NCBI GenBank assembly: GCA_003971905.1
Contig: RSEE01000032.1
Location: 558,001 to 622,000 of the forward strand
DNA length: 64,000 bases
Direction of reading: 5' to 3'
Source of the DNA: Moniliella sp. 'wahieum'
Lineage: Eukaryota
Positions 25,413 through 38,163 of the stretch are shown here, piece after piece. The translations under genes were made by a program, and so were the position numbers. Position 1 is the stretch's first letter. Every line of letters begins with the position of its first letter. Below the pieces are notes generated by a model. The model saw only the letters and a program-made list of their open reading frames with translations. It did not search any database and was not told where the DNA came from.

Positions 25413-27651
25413 CTACTCGTCCATGGCCGTGTCCTGATCCAAGTCCATCGCATCCAACGCCGGCGCGGTATCGGCATCGACAACGGCCTGCATCTGCTGC
25501 GCTTGCTTATGGTTGTGGCCGGGTCCGCCCCCGGCCAGCGCTTGGGCCTGGATCATCTCCACCGTGCGCTGACTCACATTCGCCTTTTTCGCCTGCATCT
25601 CCGCCGCCAAGCGCGCTGCCCGTGCCACTTCTCTCCGCGCCCAAACTCGCCGTTGACACCACCGCCTTCCCATCCACGCCCATCTTGGCCGACTGCCCAC
25701 CGCCATACGCATGCAGCACTTGCAGCCCCAACAGACCGTGGGAGCCCGAGTGGAGGTAATGTACCGCAGCCCATTCAGGTTCTTGTACGTCTTGCCACAC
25801 GTGCCTACCTGGCACATGTACAGCATCCGAGGGTCAAGCGGCAAGCCGCTCTGCCCCGGAGGAGGCAGGGCGGACAAAGGCTGCAGCGATGGCACCGGGA
25901 GCCCAAGCTGGCCTCCATCGCCTCCGCCCTTGTCGGTGGAACCGCGCAGCAAGGGAGGCGCCGGAGGCAAACAAGTGCCCCTACCAGCCTGGGCGAGCGA
26001 GGCAGCCTGGGTCTGAGCTTGCACGCCCGCCAAACCAGTAGCAGCAACGACGGGCCGCACTGGGCCTCCCGCCGCCTTCTGCCGCGACCCCATGCCGATT
26101 GGGGTGAACGTTGCGCCGGCTCGGCAGGCCATGGGCGAGCGCCCAGCGCAACTGCCGTCAAAGTCGACGCGTCCGAGCCAGGTGCAGCAGTCGTGCCCGG
26201 CGCTGCAAGCGCAGCCGAGGCAGTAAACGGGAGCTGGGGACTGGCGCCAGCGCGGGGGGTGCTCAAGCCCGGATGGGCCGTGATCGGGGAGGTACCAGGG
26301 GTGGTAAGACCGGATGAAGCGGGAAAGGGCCTGCGATCGAGCCCGTTGTGGGAGCAAGCAGGTTCTGGTTGCAATGCCCATGGACCCTGTGGTACTTGAG
26401 CCCGTTCATCTGCTTGTACGCCTTGTCGCACCCGGGCGACGGACACTTGAACGGTTTGTCCACACTCCCGGGCGTCAGGCCGACAGCTGTAGGAGAAAAT
26501 GTGGTGGGCGACTCGGCACTAGGACTGGTGCGTGCGAGCCAAGGACCAGCGGTGTCGTCGCGCGAGAGCGCGGCGTGCCCGAACTGGTGGGACCGGGTGG
26601 GGCAGGGTCTGGTTCGGCAGAGCATGTGCACCAGGCGTGGGAAAAACAAGTTGGGCGGCGCACAGGAGGGTAAGCTATGGTCTTCTGTTGGTGGGGCGCG
26701 GAGCGACAAACGGCCGTTGCCAACGGGGCCGGGGCAGCTACAACGCCTCCGCGTCGATCCCCTCGTCGTCCGTCGGCGCACCAGCAAAGGGAGAGCCAGC
26801 ACGACGGGAGCCAGGGAAGGCACGCATACCGCCCACGTTGCCAGGGCATTGGTGGCGGGCAAGGAAACCCAGTGAGGGTGCGTTTACGCTGATTGACCGC
26901 GGCCAGTGCGGCAGCATTGACCGAGAGAGGTCGTGGGTAGTGGGTCGCCGGAAGAGCCGCCCGGACAGCCGGGCTGGAGGGATTGGAGGAGCCGGATGAT
27001 TGCTCGGAGCAGCCATCGTCTAGCACCATCCCAGGCACAGCATCCTCGTCGCCGTCGTCGAGACGAACATGGTGCTCTTCATAGTGCTGCAGCAAATCGT
27101 GCAGGTCGGGCAGGTCCAGACCACAGCACGAAAAGTTGCGGCAAAACTTTGACTCAAGCGGATCTGGACGAAGCGAGCCAGGAGCCAAACCCCCTGGTCC
27201 GAGCCGATCGAAGTACCAAACTTGCAGGTGTCAAACGAACTGCGTAGAACAAAGCAACAAGTCAGAGAGAGGTGGCGACATGGAAAGAAAGCAAGAGCCA
27301 GGGGAAAAGAACGTACTCGATCATCCCGTCGCGATCAAACGACATGGCCATTCCATTCCCATCACATCCATCGACGCCGTCGCGCCAAGAGGAGGCAGAA
27401 GCGCCCGCAGCGTAAAAGCGGAAAGACTGGCCGGATGTAAAGGGAGTGTGTGAGTAGGAGTTGGAGTAGGAGTAGGACATGGGCGCCAGCCCGAGCGAGC
27501 TGGCGCCAAAACTGATGGGTTGTGCAGCAACAGATGTGTCTTCGAGGATCGAAGCGCGGCGGTCGTGTGGCGGCAGATCAGGGGCGGATGGGGAGGCGGA
27601 GCTGCCGCTGGCCCCCCCGGTGTAGATGGGGATGGGTTCTGGGGAGGACAT
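25413..27651 (-). CDS. SFP1: Split zinc-finger transcription factor Sfp1; frameshifted
   Basis: LESKFCRNFSCCGLDLPDLHDLLQHYEEHH, DKPFKCPSPGCDKAYKQMNGLKYHRVHGHC, YMCQVGTCGKTYKNLNGLRY. Probable intron ~27194-27316. Start codon uncertain. Confidence 0.92.
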
Positions 27652-27943
27652 GAGATACGGAGGGGCTGCCGCCGGCAGGGATACAGAGGAGAAGCGGGGC
27701 GCGAAGGAGGGGGCGATGGAGGTGGCGGTGGCGGTGGCGAGGGGGCGGAGGTGGTGGTGGGCCAGATAGGAGGCGCTACGGATGCTGCGCTGGCTAAAGA
27801 GATGCTGCTGCCGGATCGAAGATCCAACTCCATCCCCAGTGTCGATGTCGAAGCCAGATGCACACCAAAATATGTCACGCGTCGGTCATCACCCTTCGAC
27901 ACTGGCGCCATGCATGCCCCCTCCTCCATCATTGCATCGTCCC

Positions 27944-29670
27944 AGACGTCACGCGTCACATGTCACACGTCAAGCTCATGCGTCACGCGTCACCGCTCAC
28001 CCCGTACACGATGAGTCGTTGCTACTCATCGATCTCATCAAGTCATCGAAGTCATCTAGGCAAACTCAAGTCAGTAGTCAGTAGTCAGTAGTCCATAACC
28101 ACTAGTGGACATTGGATCCATTGGGTACTGGCCACTAGTAACTAGTAACTAGTAACGCGTAACGCTAGCCACGGGCGCTGGGCCACCGGTCATCTAGTCA
28201 CGAGAGTCACTAGTCACCGGTCACATGCACACCACTCGTTCATCACCGCATCACCACAGAATCACTGGCAAGCTTGAAGCTTGAAGCTTGATCCATGAGT
28301 TCAACGCGATCATTAATCATTGATCGTTACCCGGTCCCGGTTTTTACCCCAGTAACCTCGTAACCTCGTAACCTAGTAACCTAGTAACCGGTAACCGGTA
28401 ACCATTGGTGCATTGGCATTAGATTTCATCGTCGATTCAATGGTGACAATGATCGATAATCGATAATCGAATCATCGAGAATCGAGAATCGAGAATCCCG
28501 TCATATAACCGCAATCACGGGTTCCCCATCGTTGATCCCATGTATCACACTTGGCTGGATTTCAATCTAGTCACCGTATCCCCGGGATCTAGTACTTGCC
28601 GCTCGTTGATGTTGGCAATTGATATATGGATACCTGCTACATGGTGATCGATGATCGATGGTCCTCTCTCTGGCTGTGCCAAGTCACGCGTCACGGCATG
28701 TCACTCATCCCATTGCATCACGGATGTCGGATGATATTGAATGAGATCATCTGGGCGTGGCAGGAGGCTCAGACTCAGTGGCCTGGTGTGGCTCCGTAAC
28801 GCGTAACGCGTAAGTTCAGTAGGGTTCAACGTCGTGATTAACAAAATTCAGTGTACCACCAACATTCAGATGTTCAGTACGTCCAGGCCACTGAATAGCA
28901 TACCCTAGTGTTCGTGTACTCAAAAGATCTCAATCTCAAGTTGCACTTGAAGCTTCAAGCTTCAAGCTTCAAGCCTCAGGCCTCAAGCTTCACTCTGCAA
29001 GCTTCAAGCTTCAAGGAGCACGTCCTCAGTGCTCCGCGCCCAGCGCCAGTACGCTCCTCAGGCTGAGGGCCTCAAGCCTCAGGGCCTCAGGACAGGCCGG
29101 ATCTATGTATCAGGCCTCAGGCACCGCCTGTCCCATGTTGGCCGTCTGTCCTGGCATGTCCATCGGCATCATCCACGCGGTGTCTCATGACCGCGTGCGC
29201 GGCATGGTGGCTGTAGGCCTCTGGTCAGTCGGCACACAGAGCATCTGGGATGCCCTCCTGATCGGGCAACACCATGCCGTGTCACATGTCACATGTCATG
29301 GCCCCACAATGCGCACCCCGGAGGCACGACCTGGCACGACCGGTACTCAAGTACTCAGTACTCTCAGTACTCAATGTTCAACGAACGTTCAACTCAACAC
29401 ACTCGACGCAGACAGCGGGACAGCGGCGCAGCGGTGGAGTCCAGTGGGGCGCGGTGGTGCCCTGTGGTGCCAGGGCCCTGCTGGGCCAGGTCCTGGCTCG
29501 GGGCATATGAGCGCATGTGGCTGGGTCTGTCTGCCCCGAATTCCCGATGGCGCGGCGTCACGTGTCAGTCCTTAGTCACGTAGTCCCTAGTCACTCCAGT
29601 CACCATTAGACACTAGTCAGCCTGAGCGCTTAGCCTGAGCGCCTGAGCAGTCAGTAGTACGTCACATTCA
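27944..29670. repeat. Field of short period-7(8) tandem arrays built from palindromic hexamers
   Basis: (AGTCAGT)3 ~28069; (ACTAGTA)3+ACGCGTA ~28134; (AAGCTTG)3 ~28270; GTAACCTC/GTAACCTA/GTAACCG series ~28352-28403; (ATCGATA)2+(ATCGAGA)3 ~28452-28497; (GTAACGC)2 ~28796; (AAGCTTC)3 ~28950; ACATGTC ~29284; AGTACTC ~29350. Confidence 0.85.
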
Positions 29671-31744
29671 CACGACACGTCAGTATTCAGCAACTCCAGC
29701 GTCAAAAGTGCTTTGCGACTTAGAATTTCTTGTTCGAGCTTGGTGAAGCCGATCCAGCCAAGGCGTTGGACTCTTGCAAACCATTTGAAATTCTAGCTTT
29801 CCCCAGGCCCCCCCAACACTCCGCGCCACCCCTTGGTCTGGCCGCCACAGCTGATCGATGAAGTTGGGCGTCCTATGTTTTCTGAAAACCGTTCCGGAAG
29901 CCGTCGAGCACACCAGAGTTAAGCTTTAAGCTTTGTAAGGTACACAGATCCTTCCTTGCCGCATCGAGAAAGCGCAGCAGAAGGCCAGCGTGGGGGATGG
30001 AGTGGCGGGCCGGTCGTTCAATGTTGCAAGATGTGGGGTATTTGGACACGCTAGCTTCTACACCACTCGGCTGTTATCGTTTCGATTATCGCTTCTTTTT
30101 TTCCATGCATACCAGAAAGCCAACTGTATGACCTGCGGGATGGGTATTAACACCCAATGACTACCAACGCGTCCCACCAGCTCCATTCAATATTCAGGTC
30201 AACACACACAGTTGCTTCCAAGACTGAGCGCAAAGGTAGCGGAATGGCTGAGAAACAAGATTCTCTTATCGATATCTCGGCATCATGGCGGTGGGGCATC
30301 TGACGCTTTTCTCCGTTTAGTTCGTTATGGGTGCTAACTGACATGTGGCGCAGGATCTTTCCATGATTGGTACTTGCTTGATGTCGATGAACTAAAGTTG
30401 ATTCTGAAAGAACCCTGGAAGAACCCTCGTAACTTTCCTGCAGAGGAATCCATCACCTCTTCCCCCGCCATGCCAACTGTGCCTCTTACATTATGTGCAT
30501 GGTATCTCGGCTTGATTAGCGGAGAGAACGTGCGCAGTCGCTTGAAGATAATCGATAACCTGTCTCTCCGTAGATCGTCCCACCGCAGAGGTCCCGTCGA
30601 GATCGTCGATGAGCGATGCACCAGCCAGTAGGGGGACGAGCAAATCATTGGGTCCGTGCGAAACGGGAATGCTGAGACCTATATTGTTGTTGTCTTTCAT
30701 GTGTATGGGGGCGTCATTTTCCCCTCAGAATGTAAAATGCGCGCAACATAGCCGCGATCACTCCGTCATTGACTCATACTGACTCATGGATTAGGTATCC
30801 TGTTTTCCCACAGGCAACGGCCGTGCATCTATAGTTCAGTCCTGAAGTGACGCGTCAATCATTGTGGTGGATTCCGTGGAGGACAATGGGCGTGCTTATG
30901 TAGAAGACGGTGTCGAGGCTGGTCACGGCCAAACCTGGCAAGTGCAAAAACCAAATTGGGCCGCCGACTCGAGGGCTGACCAGTGGGACAATAGGGTGCG
31001 TCGCTGCGACACATGAGGGGTGCAAAGTCAAGAGTACTATAAAGAAGACCCATATTTTTTGAACCCCGGGAGCGTTGTCCGGATCGCAGAGGTACGGGTG
31101 GACCCCGAGTTGGACGAGGTTTGCCATCCTCAAGTCTGAGCACAGGTCTTGTTACGGGGCGCTCCGTTTATCTCCTGACGCTGAGCCCCGCATGTCGTAG
31201 ACACATCTCATCCAAACACGCCTCAGTCCCGCGTTAAGCTAGCGAGAGAGAGCCAGCCGACGCCTTATCCATGATGCGGATATCATCCGCGGCCCGCTAT
31301 GGTTGCATAAGTTCATCGGCACAATCCTTTGTGCCCATCGCTCTCAGTTTTGGTAGAACCCTTTACCAGCTGCGCCGAATTGCGCAACATCAGCACCTTT
31401 GACCGCACGGGTTGCGTGGTAGTCTTTATACATATCTCTCTGGAAAGTATACCCCACAATCTGTTTATACCTCTTCTGTCATGCACATGCTACGTGAGGC
31501 ACATGAGGCCTGTTGTCTTCTGTGTATATCAGCAGCGATATCTACTAAGGCTCGTTAGCTGTGGTCCTTATCCACTAACCTGTTACAACTGTTACAACTG
31601 CTACACCTGTTGACCCTGTTACACCCCCCCTGTTCCAACCGTTCCATCCCTCTCTCGCGCTTCCACTTCTACACCACCCTTACGAATTTACGAATCAGTC
31701 GGTTACACTGCAAGCCGCGGTTACTCTCAGTACTGAAGCGCTTG

Positions 31745-31990
31745 TTGAGCCATAGCGTGGCTCATGCTTTGGCCAACTACGTCCCTTCAGTCCCTCCTCA
31801 GGCCTTGGAGTTCCGTTGTTTTCTCTCTCCTGTTTTTCTTTGTTCCGCAGCTTAGCCCCCCCGGTGGCGGCTCGCTGTTGATGCTCCTCTGTAGACGTCG
31901 GTGGTTGGCTTAGACCGCCACCACCACCAGTGCGATTGCATCACCTCCCTCCGAGGACCATCCACAGACTTCAAGTCTCATCAGCGCTTG
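31745..31990 (+). repeat. Dispersed repeat, copy 1 (diverged; possible TE/LTR remnant)
   Basis: Collinear by eye with 43425-43680. Shared blocks include GTCCCTCC, CGTTGTTTTCTC, TAGCCCC..GTGGCG, CCTCTGTAG, CCACCACCACCA and TGCGATTGCATCAC..CGAGGACC. Confidence 0.75.
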
Positions 31991-34366
31991 CTCTTCATTC
32001 AACACCCGTCTGATTCCGCCTATTATATTACAGCGCATCGAGTGTGGTAACCGGTAACGCCCCAGGCAACCCACTTTACCCCATCAGAGTTCCTGGACCC
32101 CTTCGACTGTTTTGACGACGTACGCTGCTCTAGGATCTGAGCTATGTAGCCTTTGCAAGCAGGCAGCCACCCAAAGTAGAGGGTCTCTCCCTCGCCTCTA
32201 CACCCGCTCGGTTCGACCAGGATCTGAGGCCGGACATACCTTACGTGGCTCCGATTGGGCGTCCAAGGGTTTGTACCCCTACTCACTATTACAGGGTGGG
32301 TCCCACCTCGGGACTCCCCCGATATGACAGGTCGTCTCGTCAGCAAAACCCCTATAGTACGACAAGCTCATTCCCAGATCGTGAACCACGTGCCTTGAAT
32401 GGGTGTGGGCGCCACAGGGCATCCGTATTTCTTTCTCCCCCGCGGTCAGCTCGATCCCCCACCCAACTTCTTTGCGCCATTTTGTTCCTACTTGGACGAG
32501 GATGAGAAGTAAAGCTCGAGGGCAATAGAGGAAGTCGCGTCTCTCTCCAGCGACAAGAGGGAGAAGCGTAGCCACCATGGACCGAAGTCAGGCAGGGGTG
32601 AAACTATCTTCTCGTGGCTGAACAGTTTCCCGAAGGGTTGGTTGGGCATTCGCCGGCTAATTAATCGCTTCCTTCAAGATTCTCCTGTTTGGTCTGGTAC
32701 CGCATGCACCCACCGTGTCTTCAACTGGTGCCTCCCTTCGTTAGTCATGAGAGAGCACAAGGAGTGGTGGAATCCATGCAAGTCCTATGTTTTGCCGCCT
32801 GACGCGAGGTCAGCGTCGAATCGTTGTTAGAAGATGGACTTATAAAGCGGGTATCGAACAGATCAACGGGTTCTGGTCGCTGGACAACTCATCGGTCAAA
32901 AGTTGGTTTGAGCCACCGCACTGCCCACTCTTTTCCGCAGTTGTGATCGTTGAAGTCTCCACATTACGATCATTACCACAAAAAGGTGGACCACCTCACC
33001 ACAATCTCCGGTCAGATAACCACAACCTCCGGAAAGAGACAACCCCCGTCTCCACACTGAAGTGCATCGTCTCATCACACCCCAGAAAGGACGGAAAATA
33101 CTGAGCACTGACCACAGCCTCAATGCGCGATGACTGCTGAGAGCCCGAAGCCGCTGCTGGCTACGTCCACGGTTCATCCACGGCCCACACGTGGTCGAGT
33201 GTTGCAAAAGAAGCAGAAGTACGCCGGCTGCCATCTGTTATATCTCTACCGGGGCACATTTCTCTCTTAGGGAGACCTATATCTCTTTTTTAACCAGCAG
33301 GCTTAAGGTCTGCCAGTGGGATCCAACGAATGCTACCGCCCCTTAGCTATATATCATCAAAGCATATACTAATAGTCTCTCGATGTACACCGTTATAAGC
33401 GCACAGTATAGCGAGACGCTCTTCTGCTGTTCGATCTGCCCCACACCACACACACACAAAAAAGTATTGGTAGTAAATTGCTGCGAAAGCATCATTACGG
33501 TGACGTCTCGATGAGATATAATGACGATGACGGGGACCAACGGCAAAGAAAGAAGCCTCCTGATGTTGGAGAAGAAGCCGTCCCTTTCTCCGCAGCTACT
33601 CCATGTCGGCCAGAGAGCGGGGGTGGTGAATTTGGCCAGAGGGTCAGCCGCCTCTGAAGTCACACTAAACTTCACATGGGGCAGAGAAGAGCTGCACCAG
33701 AAGGACGTTGGCGGTGGGAAGCTATAAAGGATCATCGATCATATGTTGGGCAACCATCAATCAACAAAAACCACTGGAAGCTACTCCCTGTGCATTTCGG
33801 GCTTCTGGCGCTTACGGCGGGGGCGGGGGGCGCCTTTTTATTTGTGCAGTGCTCTCCTCCGTGCGCCGATTGCGCGGACTGACTGCTGTTTATGGGCGCC
33901 GTGTATGTCGTCAACGCGGCCGCGGCCCGACCACTGCCAGTCGCCGGGTCACGCTCCGGAAGGTGATTAATTGATTAAGTTTCACTGGCCAGGCGCTGCG
34001 GGCGCGCTGGCTGGGCCCGTGCGGGCTGGGCTCGTGCGCCCCGGCCGTTCCGGCGTGCCGCCCCACCACCAACCCCCTAATGGCTGGGGCGGTCTGAACG
34101 ATCCGAACGCCTGAACGCCAGTAGCGCCTTATTCTTAGCGGCGACGCCGATGGGTGCTGCCGTGTGCTGCCTCTCGCTTCGTGCTGGTCTTCAACACCCC
34201 CCCGTTTGCGCCCTGGCGTTGGTGCGCCGCCGTGCCCGCATGGGACGCCAGGGTTTCCCAACAAGTCAACTAGGGCGTCTTTTAAAACCGCTGCCACCCC
34301 CGCTGCCCATCGCCCCCGCTCGTCCCTTCGCCATCGCCCCCCTCCCACCTCCTTCATCCCATCGCC

Positions 34367-35958
34367 ATGCCGTCACGCGAAGTTTCGCCGCTGGCCCCGA
34401 GGCCGTGCTTTACACGACCTCCAACGGCCGCCCTTACCCTACACCCTACGAGGCCCAAGGTGTGGCTGCCCCCGACGGCCTTGGCCATGCCTTGGCCCTG
34501 CAGGACTTCCATCACATTGATCTTCTTGCGCACTTTGATCGCGAACGCATCCCTGAGCGGGTCGTGCACGCCAAGGGTGCTGGCGCTCACGGCTTCTTTG
34601 AGGCGACCCACGATATATCGGATTTGTGCCTAGCCTCTGTGTTCCGCAAAGGCACCCGGTCCCCCGTCACCATGCGGTTCTCAACCGTCGGGGGCGAGTC
34701 GGGATCCGCAGACACGGCGCGTGACCCCCGTGGATTTGCGATCAAGATCCGCACCCAGGAGGGCAACCTGGACTGGGTCTTCAACAATACCCCCGTCTTT
34801 TTTATCCGCGATCCGGCCAAGTTCCCTCACTTTATCCATACGCAAAAGCGCGACCCGCAAACTCACCTCAAGGATGCGGACATGACGTGGGACTATCTTA
34901 GCCAGAACCCCGAAGCGTTCCACCAGCTGATGATCCTCTATTCCGATCGGGGTACGCCCGATGGCTACGCGGACCAGCACGGCTACTCGGGCCACACATA
35001 CAAGATGGTCAATGACAAGGGCGAGTTTGTTTATGTCCAGATTCATGTTCGTGCCCCCGCCTTCAAGACGCTTGACGGCCCGACCGCGGCGCGCTTGGCC
35101 GGCGAGAATCCCGACTACGGGATTGAAAAGCTATTCAAGCAGATTGAGGCGGGTAACTATCCATCGTGGACGGTTTCGATCCAAGTGATGAGTCAAGAAC
35201 AGGCCGAGAAGTTCCGCTATTCGATTTTCGACCTGACCAAGGTGTGGCCTCACAAGGGTATGCACCTATTCCTCTTTTCTATAATCTTGTGTTTTGGCTG
35301 CGCCTAACGATTGATCCTGTTGCAGAATTCCCCCTTCGCCCCATTGGCAAAATTGTACTCAACAAGAACCCGGACAATTACTTCGCTGAGATTGAGCAAG
35401 CTGCCTTCTCCCCCTCCCACACGGTACCAGGCTTTGAGCCTTCGATGGATCCGTGCTCCAGAGCCGGCTTTTTTCCTATCCAGACACGCACCGGCACCGT
35501 CTTGGGGTGAATTACCAGCAGATTCCTGTTAATGCGCCCCTTGTCCCCGTGGCCAACTTCCAGCGGGACGGGTTGATGACTGTCAACGGGAACCAAGGTG
35601 CCCGCCCTAACTACCAATCCACCATTCGTCCGCTGCAGTACACGAACCGCTCGACTGTTGCAGTGGCACATGAGCAGAAGCTGCTGGGAGGAGTGCACAA
35701 CTTCCTTTCCCAAGTAACCGACTTGGACTTTGAGCAGCCGCGTGAGCTGTGGACTCGCGTGTTTGACGAATCGGCCAAACAACACTTCATCGACAATGTG
35801 TCTGGTCATATCGGCCAATGCAAATCGGCCGAGATCCAGCAGCGCACATTGGATGTCTTTGCCCGTGTCCATCCGGATATCCCCCCCGGATTGCCCAGAC
35901 GATCAAGGTGGCATGGGCACCGCCCAAGAAAGTGCCTATTCCGCCTTCGCTCTTGTAG
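34367..35958 (+). CDS. Monofunctional small-subunit heme catalase; frameshifted
   Basis: [88 protein letters not shown] (intron 35258-35325), [29 protein letters not shown]. Last frame ends ..[13 protein letters not shown]. Confidence 0.96.
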
Positions 35959-36497
35959 ATGTTATCCGCAATACAGACAAAGTGTTCTCCCATGTGGAAT
36001 GGAATCATTGGAACGGACCTGTTGTGCCGCTATTCGCAGCGGATGTTCTCCTCCCATCGCGATTGTTTCCTGTGTTCTTCGAGCAACTTTTTTCGGTTCA
36101 TTATCCTGTCTTCCCTTTGGTGCCGACAATGAGTTCAGCTCCTTGATCACATGCAAAGGGGGTGCATGCATCTTCATGTTATTATTGTTGGGATGATTTG
36201 TGGCTCGCATTATAGCCTGTCTTCTTCTCCCTTTCCTAGCTTCGCTGTGAAGCTGCACTGCGCTTCAGTCTGAGGGCCACTCTGCGTTCCCGCATTCTCT
36301 TCAGTCTGATCTTTCAGCAGTAGGCAATCAATTATGACAGAAGCTCTCCACTTTTGGTCTGTGTGGTGGTGTGACGCAGTCAACATATTCATCGGATTTG
36401 CAGGTCCCAGCGCCTCGGGGCGCTAGCATCAACGTTCAAATTTTAAAGTCTCAACCCAGCAACCCAATTTAACGTTTCAATCTCGCTCGCTCGACAT

Positions 36498-36887
36498 GTG
36501 ATGTCATCGATCATCCACAAACGAGCAGCAGCGACAAGAGATTCGCCACCAAGCCTCCCATCTTCCACCCTTCGCTCTCTTGGCCAGTTACGCATTCCCC
36601 CCACCACCTTCACCACCTCGAAGCCGAAGCAGTTGCCATACCAGTTCCCCATGCCTGTTCCCGTCGCTTCTGAACAACCTGAGGCCATCGAGGCTCGCGA
36701 CACGGCCCTTGCCATCAAGATGGGCGAGCCCGCGCCCCAGGCTTGGCTTACCCCCGATCAACTCAACGCCCCTATGGCACCAATGTTCAGGTTCACACCG
36801 GCGGCGACCAAGGCGTCGTCATTCTCGATCCACGCGTCGCCCAGGAACTCGAACCCGATGAGGAGGAACATGTCCGTTAAACGTTAA
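36498..36887 (+). CDS. Hypothetical Pro/Ser-rich protein (~128 aa)
   Basis: Uninterrupted ORF with C-rich third codon positions in an otherwise lower-GC spacer; no recognised domain. Confidence 0.3.
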   Translation: MMSSIIHKRAAATRDSPPSLPSSTLRSLGQLRIPPTTFTTSKPKQLPYQFPMPVPVASEQPEAIEARDTALAIKMGEPAPQAWLTPDQLNAPMAPMFRFTPAATKASSFSIHASPRNSNPMRRNMSVKR

Positions 36888-37566
36888 CCCTTTTCTCTCA
36901 TCCCTCATCCCTCATCCCTCGCCACAAGGGTCCCCCACTTGCCTCCCGCCGCCGGCAGCAACTCGGACTAGCCCAATTCTTTTGTCATTGCTGGCAAGTC
37001 GCTTCACTTACCCTTTGCACTCCCTTTATCATACACTCTTCTGCCCTCTTCCGATGTCAGATTTGGCCTGGGTGGGTGAGCTCTAATAGGAATGTAGGAA
37101 CTAGAACAAGCAACCAAGACACGCCCTTCCCTCAGACAGCGAAATACCAACAATGGTGCCTCAATCCTGCCCTGCCTCAGATCCTGGTTGCGTGGGAGCC
37201 TAGGTAATGTGCTGGCTACATTACATGTTACACGCCCAAGTTGATCACCTGGCTACTGGCAGAAAATGTGCCTAGGCACCCGATACGCTCCGCCGCACCT
37301 TTTACCGTCTGTTTGAAAAGGGGTGCGTACAAAACGAGCAAATAGTCCGAATAACTGTGGTCCTCTTCCCCCTCGGGGGCCCGGCATACTGGCCAGTGGG
37401 TTGAGGCACTGCAGAGGCACCTGGGGTAGCCTAGAGGGCACCCGTCTTTCCTTTCCTTTGCTCTCGCCCCCGTACGCCATTCCGTCGTGGCTACAGATAA
37501 CAAACGGGGGGCAAACACAGTGTACTCACAGGCCAGCGTCCTCGCCCTCCGAACGACCGTACAAGA

Positions 37567-37915
37567 TCAACGGAACGCACCGTTCTGCTGGGCTGCACCG
37601 CCCATCGCCTGCATCTTCTCTCCCACTTTTTGGTTGACGACAAAAAACTTGGCCACGCACCGATCAATGCAGTTGCTCTCGCCCGCAGTCAATTCGCCCT
37701 CGGTGTACCGTGGCGAAATGCACTTGGCATGACAGGACGAGAACGAGCTTGTTGAACGTATCGGTGATCATGTCGAGCTGGGATGGAGGCACAACCAATT
37801 AGCCCATGCTTGCCGCAACCGAAAGCAGTGGATGACGTACCTCGGCCGTAGCCATCTCGAGTTGTGGGTTGGGAGCTGCCGCTGCCGCTCCGCCGCTTCT
37901 GCCGAGACCAAACAT
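37567..37915 (-). CDS. TIM10: Mitochondrial intermembrane-space chaperone Tim10 (twin CX3C); absent from ORF track; two frame breaks
   Basis: Manual translation: [25 protein letters not shown] / intron 37778-37840 / [56 protein letters not shown]. Confidence 0.93.
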
Positions 37916-38163
37916 GAGAAGAGGGGTGGGAAAGGGTGGTGGTAAGATGCGGTTGAGCCACAGCTGACGCCCGGCTCAAATTGAGAAGGCGGCTCTGCTC
38001 CCGCCCCGATTCCGCCCCAGTTCCGCCCCGGGGTAAATCCCCAGGCAAAAGCTGGCGTGGGCGTGAAATGTTCATTGTGCACCCCCCAAAGTACGGGCAG
38101 AAGACCGACGGAAGGCAAGGTGGGTTTTGCGGTCCGGTTTCCTCCGTCTTCATCTCCACAACG

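Noticed and set aside
27944..29670. CRISPR array or synthetic polylinker (many restriction-site hexamers)
   Set aside because: No constant 23-47 bp repeat with unique spacers and no cas genes. Sites are tandemly repeated, degenerate and recur at distant loci, unlike vector sequence.
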